This document shows positions 25,642 through 38,729 of a DNA stretch of 64,000 bases, piece by piece (positions within the stretch are counted from its first letter, which is position 1; each line of letters starts with the position of its first letter). The stretch covers positions 209-64,208 of the forward strand of contig RBZT01000853.1 of assembly GCA_003693705.1 (NCBI GenBank), in the 5' to 3' direction. Both the position numbers and the translations under genes were made by a program. Source of the stretch: Polymyxa betae A26-41. Its lineage: Eukaryota; Protista; Endomyxa: Phytomyxea. The notes below the pieces were generated by a model that ran no database searches, was not told the DNA's origin, and was given only the letters and a program-made list of their open reading frames with translations.

Positions 25642-26338
25642 ATGGCTGACGGAGACGATTCCTACGTTCCTCTTGTGACTCTTACCGAAGAGGTCGCCAT
25701 TATCACTGGCGAGCAGGATGAGGACGTCCTTTACAAAGAGCGTGCCAAGCTCTACCGCTTTTCTAAAGAACTGAATCAGTGGAACGAACGGGGTACTGGT
25801 GATGCCCGCTTGCTGAAGGTGATTTGCGCCTGGCATCAGTTTTGAAGGAAAAAGTAATTTTTGCAGGGCCGCAAACCTGAAGGAGGAAATACTGTCCGTT
25901 TTGTTTTGCGTCAAGAGAAGACTGGCAAGGTCGTCGCAAACCATGTCGTTCCAGCCGAAGGCAAGTTGGAGCGAAACATGGGAAGCGATCGGTCTTGGGT
26001 CTGGGTTGCCCAGGATTATTCTGATCCCGAAGGTTCTGACTTTCAACGTTCGTTCCAGCAATAGCTTATGTGCTCATGTAGATGTTGGTATCTACACGTT
26101 CGCAATCCGGTTCCGAACGCCCGAAGCGGCTGAGGACTTCTTCCAGCAGTGGGAGAAATCCCGTATCAATAACGATGCTGTCGCGAATGGCGAAGAGCCG
26201 CCAGCGGAAGCTCTCTCAACACCCAAGCCTTCGGAAGAAACGGAACGTGAGCCAGAGCCGGAGAAAGAGAAGGAACAGGAAGCTAACGGGCCCGCTTCTG
26301 CAGAAGAGCAACCGGCTACCTCTGAGGATGCTGAATAA
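25642..26338 (+). CDS. RANBP1: Ran-binding protein 1
   Basis: TGEQDEDVLYKERAKLYRF, WNERGTG, RQEKTGKVVANH, GSDRSWVW, FAIRF, and an acidic tail. Two introns. Confidence 0.95.
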
Positions 26339-26408
26339 AATTTGTCTTGATCCCGCATGCTTGCTGAATAAATTTAAACAATGCTATATTCTTTTAAACG
26401 TAATGATT

Positions 26409-27186
26409 TCAACAATTTTTGTCGGTTTCGGTGTATAAAATTTTCATCGAATTTCTGAGCGAAACCTGTAGCTGGTCTGGTACGAGGAAATACAATGCCA
26501 TAACAGTACCCCAAGAAAATCCTGCAAATACTCTGAAGACACATGTTTAGCTTCAGGACAACAATTGGCGACAATGCTTACTTAGCAGGCAGTTTTGCTG
26601 GGCGAATGCAAGTATTGACTGAAGCCAAAACCACCCTTGAGAGTATGTACAGATTGATCTGGAAAGGAACTGGATCATCGCCTAGTGACTTAATAAGACT
26701 TTTAATGAGGAGCATAATTAATGCTAACTTCCAAAGATACTTGAACCGGCTATGATTCCTGCCAAAAGATGATTGAAGACATCGTCTTTCTAATAATACA
26801 GATGTAAGCCTGATTCCATCAAAAACAATTGCCGATAATCACCGTTTGCCGAATGGATCGAAATAAACAGCACAATGCTTTATAAAACGCGACGTAGACA
26901 CCCAAACTGACACTATGCTGCATTGTGGCTTTCAAAATAGTCGTGACCATAGCTCGATAAGTTAGAGTCCTCCGAAACACCAAAGTCACAACTGTAATGC
27001 ACTCATTTAGTTGATACAGCACATACCAAATGAAAAGCGAAACAAAACGCTTTTGCAAATCAAAGGAAAACTTCGAAGCCGACCTAGCGAATGGGGAAAA
27101 CGGACTGTCGCGCCGTAAATCAGGCCAGCCCGAAATCCATTGAGAATCGCCCCCATGCAGGATTGATGAGGACAGAAGTGCTTCAT
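26409..27186 (-). CDS. PXMP4: Peroxisomal membrane protein 4 (Tim17 superfamily)
   Basis: GFRAGLIYGATVRFPHSL, ILKATMQHS..LG.YV..YK, QINLYILSRV, FSWGTVMALY...LQVSLRNSMKILY. Confidence 0.85.
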
Positions 27187-27651
27187 AGTTGGCTAGATCT
27201 TCTGCCTTTGATCGAATCAGCTGACGTCTCCCGGCGATCTTGAATGGACCAATAACTGAAATGATGCTAAAAGAAGGTCGCACTACTTGTTACTATTATT
27301 ATTGTTACTCAGTTTACTCTGAACAATATTCGCCCACTGTTCTAGTTTATAACGTCGTACTGTACTTGTTTGAACTTAACACTTTCGTGTCTTTCAGAAA
27401 ATGCCAAAGTAACCAAGAATATTTGTCACGTTGCCGCTTAATGACGTATCTCTACCAACTTGATAAATTCGATATTTCTGAGAATGCAGAAAGTTTCGAT
27501 TGATTGCCACAGCCTATGTCTTCACGTTAGCCTGATTTTGCACTTTCGTTGTCGAGACTGACGTGATTAGGGCTGAGATTCATATAGCGTTTGAATGGGT
27601 CGAAGTCCGTGACGGAGTCCGCTTTCCTTGTTCATCAAAACCTCTGCCATC

Positions 27652-28301
27652 ATGTTTGAGAAGACGGTCGTCGTCGATGGGCGTGGTCACCTTCTCGGCC
27701 GTCTGGCCAGCATTATCGCCAAGGAACTTCTGAATGGCCAGCGTGTCGTAGTTGTTCGCGCTGAACAGGTCGAGATGAGTGGATCGTTGTTCCGCAACAA
27801 GAGTGAGTTGCTTCCGATTTGGTTTAACTTCCAGCTTATTGCTTTATAGCCAAATACTGGGCTTTCCTTCGTAAGCGTCACAACACCAACCCTCGTCGTG
27901 GTCCCTTCCACGAACGTGCTCCGTCGAAGATCTTGAAGCGTGTCATTCGCGGTATGATGCCTTACAAGACTCAGCGTGGTGAGAAGGCTCTGGCCAAGTT
28001 CAAGGCCTTTGAAGGTGTCCCTCCTCCTTACGACAAGATGAAGCGCCAGGTCGTTCCTGAAGCCCTTCGTACCCTTCGGCTGCAAGCTGGTCGTAAGTGG
28101 TGCGTTCTGGGCGATCTCAGCAACGATGTCGGCTGGCAGCACAAAGAGTTGGTCAAGGCTCTGGAAGGCAAGCGCAAGATCCGCAATGATACCTGGTTGG
28201 CGAAGAAGAAGGAGCTGACTGCTCTCAAGAAGCAGGCTGCCGCCGCTGTTGCCGAGAAGTGCCCAGAGATCATCCAGACTCTCGCCTCCGCTGGATATTA
28301 A
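27652..28301 (+). CDS. RPL13A: 60S ribosomal protein L13a (uL13)
   Basis: [43 protein letters not shown]. One intron at ~27803-27849. Confidence 0.98.
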
Positions 28302-28407
28302 TCACAAAAAGTTTATACAACCAGAACGATGTCCATATACGTCCTATTCAATAGTTTCTGAAGGGCTGCTTTCCATTCCTCAATTGATTTTAACATTTTT
28401 AATTTTT

Positions 28408-28856
28408 TCATGGTAATAGGCGATATCGAGGAACTGAGTATCGCCATAGAACCAGTAACTCGGCTAGATCGATGGCCCGGGCGATCAGAAATGCAGTGAA
28501 GGCGAACACCCAGACTCTAGTCGCTTCATCGCTTTTGGCATTGTGTACGAGATCGATGGGGATCTTGTCGCTCATTACCAAAGCGAACATGACGATCCAT
28601 GTGATCAGGAGCAGGGTCCTGGTCACGATCGGCATCACCATTCGTTTACGTCGTTGCAATGATATCATGATAAGCAGCGATTGCAGGACCTCGGCGCTGG
28701 CGAACAGGATGAAGGCCACGACCACGATGATATTGTTCAACAATGGATATCGAGCAGCTGCGAATGCATAGAGCGCAGCGCGAATGAAGGCGACCATGAC
28801 GAAAAGCCAGACACCGGCCACTGCTGGTAAGCAAAGGCAGCATCGCCTGGTCATGG
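28408..28856 (-). CDS. Hypothetical 4-TM protein
   Basis: Intronless ORF with four hydrophobic segments after RRCCLCLP. ATG probably at 28856. Confidence 0.6.
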
Positions 28857-30191
28857 TGTTTGCAAAGAAAGTCTTTGGGCGGTGGTCGGTGGCGCGTGCT
28901 TGCATAACGAACTTCTCATGACTCATCAATTGTATTCAACATTCTGGAGACATGATGTGACGAACTTTCACGATTACGGTCAAGATAATGGTGCTCCCTC
29001 AAACTTCAATAGCAGAATACTCGTTAGTTTGGCGTTTTCCAGCCTAGTGTTTTGATGAGTTTCACAAAATGTTCTCTGTATCAAATCCGTTGAGAATATC
29101 AATCATGAAGCCTGTATGAGTCCATAAAGCAGATTAAGCGTTTGTTTCGGAACAGCTAGACGATGATAGATGCAATGGTCACATTTCTGTTGATGTTTAG
29201 TCTGTACGTACATTGGATTGCAGCATTCTTATTCGATTTTAAGTTGAAAGCGCATTGGTTCAAAAGTTGATATCCAGGAATGTCCCTCCCTACTGGGAAT
29301 CGATACACACATCCCGTTATTACTGCCGCCTGATTCAAACTATTCCTGTCAGCGGTCATTTTTAGCTGTTGAGAATTAGACAGAGAAGAAGAACTCAAGA
29401 TGGCAGACGATCGTCCTCTGTACGAGTTTGCTTGCAATGAGGATTGGCGAATATGAAAGGATGTGCAGATTGCCGAGTGCTTTTCTGAATGTTTTTTAGC
29501 AGTATGGGGCGGCTCGCACAGTCGCTCTCTACTTCGAGATAGCCATCGGCAACATCGTGACAAACTTAAGATCGCTCATCCTGCTAATGGAACAGTTTCA
29601 TCCAGATAAGGATCTGGTAGGCAGAAACGATGGAGCCGATCTGAAGCTATCCGGTCCGAATTCCACGACAATCGTCTGTTGCCGAACGCGACCAGCGCGT
29701 TTGGTGATAGAGCATGGTTGTCAGAGAGATGATATCCGCCGGCTATTAACAGTATATGGAGCTTATTGAATCATAGACGACAATCACAGATCAAAGATGT
29801 GCAACGATGAGCCGAAGAGGGCAACAATTGTTGCGGAGGACTGATGCAGATCGTTCTTCAGGACAAAATCGCTGGTCTCTCACAAAAGTCGTTCAGTGTT
29901 TGAGACGTTATTATCATCAAGTAGTTCCAATCTCTACAGGTGGCAATCTGCATTCCCGATCACGACCAGATAGCTTGCGAGCGCGAATGTGCACTCAGCT
30001 GTAATAGAGCTGTGCACAGAGGAACGCGTCACATTTGGTGACTGAGATCAGCCTTTCCTGCTGAGGCAGCAATCGTTGAGACGATGCCATCAAGTTGATG
30101 CACATTGATAGTATAGCATCATACAACTTCGCATTTCCATGAAGTTTGAATTTGATATAATACAAAGACACTTCTATTGTTGTAATACCTT

Positions 30192-30837
30192 TTGTGTTGG
30201 ATTGAGCCAGATTACATCAACGCGACTTCGGGGAGTTTTCAGCGATCGAGCTCGAACGTGTCACATTTTTCCGATCCGGTTCATCACTTTCGCTGCCTGC
30301 CACCAGACAATGTTCGTAGAGGAAGGAATACCCCGGGGTCTGCTTTCCAGAATAGAATGGGCCACCAAAAGGTCAAAGAGCAGATCCGATAGATGGCGTT
30401 GCTTGCTTAAGCTTTGGTGCAAAATCGGTTGCTAACTGAACTCAGGGAAATCGTCTGATGCTCAAAGTGTGATAATAGAACGACGTTGGAGCTAAAAGCG
30501 ACTATGTAGAAAAACGACATCGAGTCAAACATTGACCATTCCGAACTTGACCAAATCAGAACAGCATTTGCACGGCGTCCAATTCTTTAGTGAGAAACAG
30601 GAGATAGGACGATCAAGTCGCACAGCGAGCAGATCACATAACGATTCCAGCACAGATCTAATTGTTAGAACATCGCATCACGTAACCGATGCGGAGAACA
30701 ACGCGAATCCAGGAGCGCTGCGAGAAGAAAGAGACAACCTCAATGGCAGAACTGTAAGAGAGGCGTTGACGGAGTCGTCCGGCATCATAGAATCGCCCAC
30801 GTTTTCTTGTCGACAAGTTTCTCGGTTTTTCTTCTAA
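30192..30837 (+). pseudogene. Possible decayed coiled-coil gene fragment
   Basis: One frame reads helical-looking sequence broken by stops: KEQIR*MALLA*ALVQNRLLTELREIV*...KATM*KNDIESNIDHSELDQIRTAF. Confidence 0.3.
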
Positions 30838-31277
30838 TCTCTCCCTGGTTCTTGCCCATCAGTGTTTCCCAACCACTGTGAGGGTCGAACAGTCATCGAG
30901 CATTTTTTGTAGATTATCTTCTGACCTGTCCCTTAGCCTGGTGTAAGAATCAGCCCAAGTCCTCTTCTAACAACGCTTATTCTTGCAAGTCAGATCCAGA
31001 TGCTGGAATTATATCATCATTTTGCCCAGATCTCTCGAATTTATTAAGTCTGGCTGCAAAATAACTCATCTCGATTTGAAATTCAACCCTTTTTTGCAAT
31101 ATGAAGCCAACTTCAAACATCAAACTGGGATGAAGGTTTCATGCCACTTTTTACGAGTACCTACCGGTACTCGTAAATTTTTTTGCTTTAAACAGTGCGG
31201 GCAGTCTTAAACCGACAACAACTTGTCTCAATTTTATTTTGGAAAAGAGGCTGCGCCAGAGGCCTCGCTACTATCAA

Positions 31278-32214
31278 TCACTCCGAATTATAGTTCAGTT
31301 TTTTTTCAGGAATTCTGCGGTGTGAGCGGTACTTCTTTACGGCATATTCAACCTGCGCCGGTGTCAGTCGAACATCTTTCAAACGATAGGCGTCAATGTA
31401 GCGCTCTGATTTGCGAGCAAACCGGCGGATGCTGGATATGGACACTGAATTTAAAGCCAATGGCACCATTGTCTGCAGTGTCTTCCACGAGTAATCGCAA
31501 TGCTTACGAGTGTACGCCTTGCATGCTCCCCAAAACATTTCAATAAAATTAAACTCCGGATGGAATTTAGGATAAAAAATAATGCAATGTCCAGTGGCCT
31601 CAACAGTTTCGTTCAGCAAAGGCTTCTGTCCGGAGAAATCAGGTTGTGCTGCGAGCAACTTACGAGCTTCGTCTAATTTCATTCCAGAAACAAAAATGCC
31701 TCTTTCCTGGAGAATTGTGCGAATTCCTTTTTGCTTCCCGGCTTCCGATACCATAATCTGCACGACACGAGTCCCATCAGGAGCCTCAAACCAGCCATCC
31801 CGGAGTTTGCAAACATTTTTCCCTCCGTCTTTGAGATTGAGTCGGCTCGCAACCAGGGCGTTTTCAGCCATTGCATGGTGGTTTGATGAATTATCATAAG
31901 CCACCAATGCAATGCACCCGGGATGGAGAATTTCGAATATCTTCAGCATCTTCATTGTTTGCTGAGCAAGATGCTCATTCGTAAAGTATCCGTCTTTGTT
32001 TGCTCCTGGGAACATTATTACCGTGGAGTCCAATGGAATCTCCGGATAAAGCTCTGCAATTTCTTTAGGAAGTCGTAACAATCCATGACATTGACAGAGA
32101 AAAGCAGAGACCATAATGGAAGCACCAGGTCCCTTCGGCCGGATCTCTTTTTTTTCTTGTTTTCTCTTGCCAGCTTCGCCGAGAGCCATCATGGGCCTGA
32201 AATATACACTCGTC
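31278..32214 (-). mobile_element. Tc1/mariner/IS630-superfamily DDE transposase, 5'-truncated and frameshifted
   Basis: DECIFQAHDG (first Asp, in a different frame), PKG.G.SIMVSAFLC, YDNSSNH, and FYPKFHPEFNFIEMFWG..K. A T8 run at 32148-32155 shifts the frame. Confidence 0.88.
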
Positions 32215-32641
32215 CTTTGGAAGGTTGCCTTTCTCTGCGCACGAATTGTGCGTTTACAATTACATCACGCTTTGGATATTTTTATTATTATTTTTATGAT
32301 ATTTAAACATTCTCAAAATCTTTTCCATTGGCAATTTTTGTGAAGCTTTTCAACATTCTTTCCTCATCTACATAGGATCCGAAGTGAAAAGCAAACCAAA
32401 TCCTCAGCAAAATATTTCTATTCAGTAATAAAAAACAACTGTTAAGTACAAATGCCATTTGTGTCAGCATTGTCCTTCTCCGCTTTTAATCAAGTTTCCA
32501 ATGTTGCAAAAAGGGTGATAATTTGGCCTTTGGGGCTTCGCGTTCGGAAGGAAGTGCGGGCGCAGTGCCGATTGGGGCTTCTCTCCTCTTCTTTCCGCCT
32601 CCGTCATGGTCACTATCATCCCATCTATACCCCATACGACA

Positions 32642-35600
32642 ATGGACGCCCTCTGCGCCCAGCTTACCGACTGTCAATCTCCAGTCGCTGCTGTACGCCA
32701 AGCTGCTGAACAAGCGTTGGTACAGGCCCAGGGAACGCCTGGGTTTCTTCCGCAGCTGCTTCAGATCGCCGTCCAAGGCCCACCTCAATGTCAATTACAG
32801 GCAGCAATTCTCCTAAAAAATAACATTCAGCGGCTTTGGATTGATCCCAACAATGCTTCTGCTCAAAGAGCTCGCATCACGGAAGAGGATCGAACTTATC
32901 TGAAAGCACATCTTGTTCGTTATCTGGTTGATAGTCCACTACAATTACAGAAACAGTTGGCTGCTTGCGTGACCGTCATCTCATCGCATGATTTTCCTGC
33001 ACAATGGCAGAATTTATTGCCAGAATTAATTGCTCATCTGTCGGCTACTGAGCATTCCAAAATTCGCGCCGTGCTCACAACCCTGCAAGATATTACACAA
33101 CCATACCGATACAAGGGTAAAGGAAATGAGTTGTGGACACAGATAAAATATGTGCTCGTGAATACTGCCCAGCCATTGCTCGAGGTTTGTTGCTTTTCCG
33201 ATTTAAATTTTTTGGTAATCAGTTTTCATAGTGCTTGGTTCGATTAGCCACCCAGTTATCACAAGCTAAGGCACAACAAGATCGGAATGAAGTGATTACC
33301 ATGATCACACTGTTAGCCAATGTCTTCCTCTCACTGTCGTTTCAAGATATCCCCGAACAGTTCGAAGACAAACTTTCCGTCTGTGAAAATGTCCCGTTCC
33401 ATTCAATTGGTAATTGAATTTACCCGATAGGATTGGATGGGGCACTGGCTTGGTTTCCTGACGATGGAAAGAGGAGAGGGACCAGCACGTCCAGTCATAA
33501 CAAAACACGAAGAGATTGTCGATCCTCCACAACCTGTTGATGATCTTCAAGGCGTTATTTGCGAGGTACTTAAATTTGAAGAAGCATCTTTGATTGAAAC
33601 AATCTTTGATCTTAAAAGTTGATTATTATTTTTTTGGGATTTAATGAGATTTCAGATTGGCTCGCTGTATGCTGAAAAGTATGAGGAAGAATTCCGTCCT
33701 TTTGTTCCAAACTGGGTATCAACTGTTTATCAACTTCTGATCACGGTTGGAGGCGCCATGTTGCCTCGGCATGACCCAGTTATGGTGGGAGGATTGCATT
33801 TCATGACCCAGATTGTTTCCCGTCCTTGGAATAAGCATCTTTTTGCCGATCCTGAACGATTGCGCGCTATCTGTGAAAGCATCATCATGCCCAATTTGAC
33901 TCTCCAGCAACAAGATATCGCGATGTTCTATCACAACCCTATCGAATATGTTCGACGTGACAGTGAAGGTCTATTCTGTTTATTTTGTTCATCATCGTTG
34001 CTTATAAATTGCTTAAAGGCTCAGATCATGCGACTCGCAGACGGTTAACATGCGACCTTGTGCGAGCTCTTACTGTTCAGTTCCAGAGTGAAATCTCGCA
34101 GTGCCTTTACAGCTATGTCACTGTACTATTACAAAATTTCCAAAAATCTCCCGATGCTGATTGGATTCAAGCCGATGCAGCCATGTACGTTGTTCTGGCC
34201 CTTGCTGTTCAAGTATGTTGAAGTTTCATTGCACCTTTTTTCAAAGTAGTTAGCTGTGCCTGTGGTAAATACATGATTTTCTAGGGCCGTACGCAAGAGA
34301 AAGGTGCCACAATCGTCAACCAGTATGTCAATGTTGCAGAGTTTTACCAGTCGCATGTGCAGCCGCAGTTGGCTGACCCTCAGGTTTGTGGCGTTTATAC
34401 AATGTTATATATAGACTTACAAATATAATTAGATCGAGCGATTCCCCATCTTGAAGGCTGACGCTATCAAATTCGTTTCGACTTTTCGATCTCATTTTCC
34501 GGTCGAGCAATGTCGCGACTTGATCCCTGTTCTTTCAAAGTACCCATGTTTTCTGTTCAATTGTTTTTATTGTTTAGTGTCTAATTTAAGTACACTCGTT
34601 TCTTGAACATTTCTCGTAACACTCAAATCCGTTTAGATTCCTTGCGTCGCATTCCTTTGTTGTTCACTCCTATGCGGCTTCTGCCATTGAAAGGCTGCTT
34701 GCTTTGAAGAATTGCATCACGAAAGAACACTTGAAACCGTTTAGCACCCAGATGCTCACCCAGCTGTTCAGGTATAATTGTGGCGTCGTTATGGGCACTA
34801 TCCGCTTTTCTCTCATTGTACTCGATTTCGCTGACTTTTTACAGCGCACTTGATCATGAAGAGTCCTCAGAGAACGATTATTTATTGAGGGCCCTCATGC
34901 GTGTTCTGTACGTCTCGGGATCTAATCTGTTACCCTTTTTGGAGACTTTACTATCCAAGCTGACTGGAATTCTCATTCGAGTTGCCGTTAACCCTCGTAA
35001 CCCAATGTTCAATCACCTGCTCTTTGAATGCATTGCGGTTCTTATCCGACTCTGCAAAGAGCATCCCGAACTGGTCAGTTATAAGCTTGACGCATTTGAA
35101 TGGAACTTTTAAGGCTCGATAGGTTCCTAATTTCCAAGCTGCGCTATTCCCTCCATTCCAAACCATGTTACAAGCTCAAGAAGCTTGCAATGAATTTGGA
35201 TCATGTTTGGCACACTCTTTTGCGAGTTTTTTTCGTGCTGATACCGCCTCAAATAGATGTGTTCCAGATCATGTGTATGATCTTGGATTGTACGCCTGGA
35301 GAAGCAGTGCCGCCGGCATTTGAAGCTTTGTACCCGATGTTGATGTCTCCTGCACTGTGGGATTCGCAAGGAAATGTTCATGCAATTACTCAGTTGCTGC
35401 AAGCCTACCTCCGCAAGCCTGGGTAACAATGTTTTCATTGCTTTTAGATGCACTCTTCTGGTCCATCCGATCATTTGCCCATTTATTTTCCAGATTCGTT
35501 GTAACATTGTGCCCGACTGGCGGTGCTACGACCGAGTCATCAAATCGATTAACGGCGCTGCTCGGTGTGTTTCAGAAGCTGATTGCATCTACTCTGAACG

Positions 35601-36512
35601 ATAAGTTTGGGATGGCCTTGTTGCGATCCATGATCCGACATGTTCCTTGGGCAGCGGGGCTTCAACCTTACATGAAGCAGATTTTGGTTCTGGTTTTCAC
35701 AAGAGCCACGTCTTCTTCGACCTCTCAATTTGGCCGAGCATTTGCCCTTTTCTTGGCTGATTTCATTACTGTACGGTTTTCGTTTTTTCTTCTCAGTCGT
35801 GACTTATAGTTTTAGGTACGGGGATTCAATGTTGTTCTGTCGGAGATGGAAGGTGTTCAGGCAGGGATCTCTTTTAACGTTATCGGAAAAATGTTCCTTC
35901 CTCAGGCGGCCCTTATTGTTCAGCCTGCACAAGATCGTAAACTCATTCATGTATGGGAGTTCTTTTTTCTGCGTTCAGTTCGATTATTGCTTTATCAACT
36001 TCACTCGAACTTGATGCTTTCGGTATTAATCTATTTGTAGGTGGCGCTTGTTCATATGGCATGCCATAACCTGGATGTCGTTATCAATGGCGGGCAGCCA
36101 TATGTCCAGATGTGGGTGGGTGTTATCGATTGCTTGCTAGATCAATTAGAACTCGGTTCTTCATCCACCGAGCAACCCGCGTTTTCTGATGATCAAGCTG
36201 AATCAATTCTTGAACAGCTGAGTGACGGCAGCACGCCTGCTTATTCTGCTGCCTATTCACGTTTGGCATTCGCAATTCGCGTTGATACTGATGCGTTCCC
36301 ACAAATTCAGAACATGATCGAATACTTTGTCAAGTCTTTGGCAGATGCCACAAGATCAAGACCAGGTCCGCCGTGTTTTTGCTTGTTTTCGATCTTGGAT
36401 TAAAGCTTCCGTTTTAGGTCAAATCCGCTCTATGTTAGAATCGAATTTACCGCCTGCTCGAGTGTCGTTAATTCATGAACTGTGTAGCAAATTTATGGTA
36501 CAATTGGTTTAA
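32642..36512 (+). CDS. CSE1: Exportin-2 / CSE1 (importin-alpha export receptor)
   Basis: Importin-beta N-terminal features (QAAILLKN.I...W, HDFP.QW.NLL), ELWTQIKYVL, QDIPEQFED, KYEEEF, NPIEYVRRD.EGSD..TRR, ENDYL.RALMR, NPRNP.FNH.LFE. Confidence 0.95.
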
Positions 36513-36660
36513 AATCTAAGGCCGTGAATAAACACGATCAATTTACAAATGGTAGTTGTCCTCAGCCGAAAAGAATTACGCTAACAAACAGTATTTGATA
36601 GAACCCAATTTGGTTCACACTCTAGAAAATAGTGTCTGCCGAATAAAACGAGCCAAAAAG

Positions 36661-38133
36661 TTAGTTCGTGCACTCTTCATGCACTCCCTTCATTAAATTA
36701 ACTTGGTCCAATAATAAATGAATTTCAAGGTCGGATTCCACTTCGAGGTCGTCTTTGAGATCTTCCCAGGTTAGGCTGGCGAGACATTTGCCATCGACCT
36801 GCCAAACAAAAAGGGTTCATATTAGGCCATTGAGGAAGTCGAATGAATGACCGAACCTGATTTTGCCTGAAAGCGGATTCTAATTGGGGAAGCTGGCACC
36901 ATCTTAGAAACTGGGCAACTTCATCGACTGACCAGCGTTCGAGATCGCATTTTGGACAAGACTCGTTAGATACTGCATCCAAGAATGCCTTTTCAGCTTG
37001 CAAAATAATTCTGTAATTGGAAAGAATACAATTAGAATCATCAAAAACGAAAGTTCAAATCAAAAGCGAAGGGGCAACGCACACTGGATCAACGCTTAGT
37101 GATCTTGCAGCATGAATGACATGCAACCACGACGTTCTTGGTCCACATTTTTTAATTCTGCATCAATGTTACAATCCGAGACAGCTCGTATTGACATTAA
37201 CACATACGGATTTGTTGGCCCATTTGGAATAGATGATCGAATTTCGAACATTTTCTGCAGCATCTTATCGAGGAAATCAGAAGACACCTTCTTCAGATTA
37301 TTTGATGTCAAGGTATCAAGTATTCTGCAGAATGCATTCGATTCTTGATATATGGATTAGGGTGGACAAAACTTACGTCGACGATTGTGAGCGATCATGC
37401 TCGGGAAGCTGAGAAACACATTGTCGCCAGGCAGTCTGAATCTCCTGAGTCAGAGCCTCGGTTGGGTCACGTTTCTCATAATCGACATCGACTCGAGCCT
37501 CACACGAATCTGGCCACAGAAAATCCCTAGAAGAGCAAATTTATTCGAATCCTCCGTTCGAGAGATCGTTTGCAAAACAGTGCCGAATGCAAACTTGAAA
37601 ACCCGAATAGTCCCAAAGTTTTAAGAAAATTCCAAACCGACAAAATCAAAGATTTGTACTTGACAGGTATCTGGAGATCGTCAGTTCCATGGCCGACAAA
37701 TCCATCCAAGGCGTCTTTCACGGACTGCAGCGACCCGAGATCGTACGCCCCCCTGATATCGTCGTGCTGCTTAGATCGGCCCAATTCTAAGCAGGCCCGA
37801 CAGGACAACGTCTCAATGAGTGGATCACGAACGCACTCAATATGGAACGATCGGCCACAATTCTGACTGCACAAAAATGCTGTAAAACCAACAGATTAAA
37901 GACTTTCAAGTGATTAAAATCGGATGACGTCCATACAGGCACTCTGTGGAGCGATCACTTTATCGCAATTAGCGCAGATCACATTCCTATTCGGCCGGGA
38001 CGAGGACGATGCCGCAAACCCCGACGCTATTAATTAATGACGGAGGGTATAAGAAGGCAAAACGACAGGACATACATTCGACCATGAGATGCTCTTCGAC
38101 AGCCTCGTCGTCATCGTCATCATCATCGGTCAT
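36661..38133 (-). CDS. PHD-type zinc finger plus C-terminal SAM domain protein
   Basis: ICANCDK...CSQNCGRSFHIECV...CRAC (C4HC3). SAM-like WSVDEVAQFLRWCQLPQLESAFRQNQVDGKCLASLTWEDLK. Start is uncertain. Confidence 0.75.
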
Positions 38134-38729
38134 ATTATTACTGGTAGCGACCAGATCAAGTGGATCTAATCTCAACCACCAGGCTAATTTACAATCACAG
38201 CAATAATTTCTGTTAGCAAAGCCCAGATCAGCGGATACGGTACGATGATCACCGATCAGACCTACAGTATTCCATGCCCGGCCTTTTCTCTGAGAACAAC
38301 ACTAAATCAGCGAATTGATCAAGACAAGATGGCATACTGGACCTTCTGGCATTGGCCCGAACGTTGTCGGACCTGCGAGCTCGGGTGGATGGAGATCCGC
38401 ACCGTGGGCAGTTGAATCCTATCGTCATTGGATGTAGCTGCTTATGGTGAACGGCGTCGAATGGTGAGAAGCAGATCCCTTCTGGTAGATCGGATTTCGC
38501 CTTCCAAAAGTGCAAACACACACGATTCACTCGGAGACCGTCGCGGACTAAGTTTCAAAAAAATTTCGCGGCAAGATATTTCTCCGCGATCGCAATGTTG
38601 GTTCAGCGAATCGGATCGACATTTTTACAGAAAAATTTTCTATCAATTCGTGAAGCAAGGCAACAAACAAAATGCGAGATTGAACGAGACTGAGGTTATG
38701 CTTAAATCTTAATGTTTTATCGAATTGTA

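Noticed and set aside
25495-28273. Antisense ORFs over RanBP1 and RPL13A (25495-26061, 27687-28142)
   Set aside because: They are opposite-strand shadows of conserved, codon-biased genes.
28950-32300. Fanzor/TnpB or viral cargo next to the Tc1-like transposase
   Set aside because: I saw no RuvC or zinc-ribbon motifs and no long ORF in the flanks.
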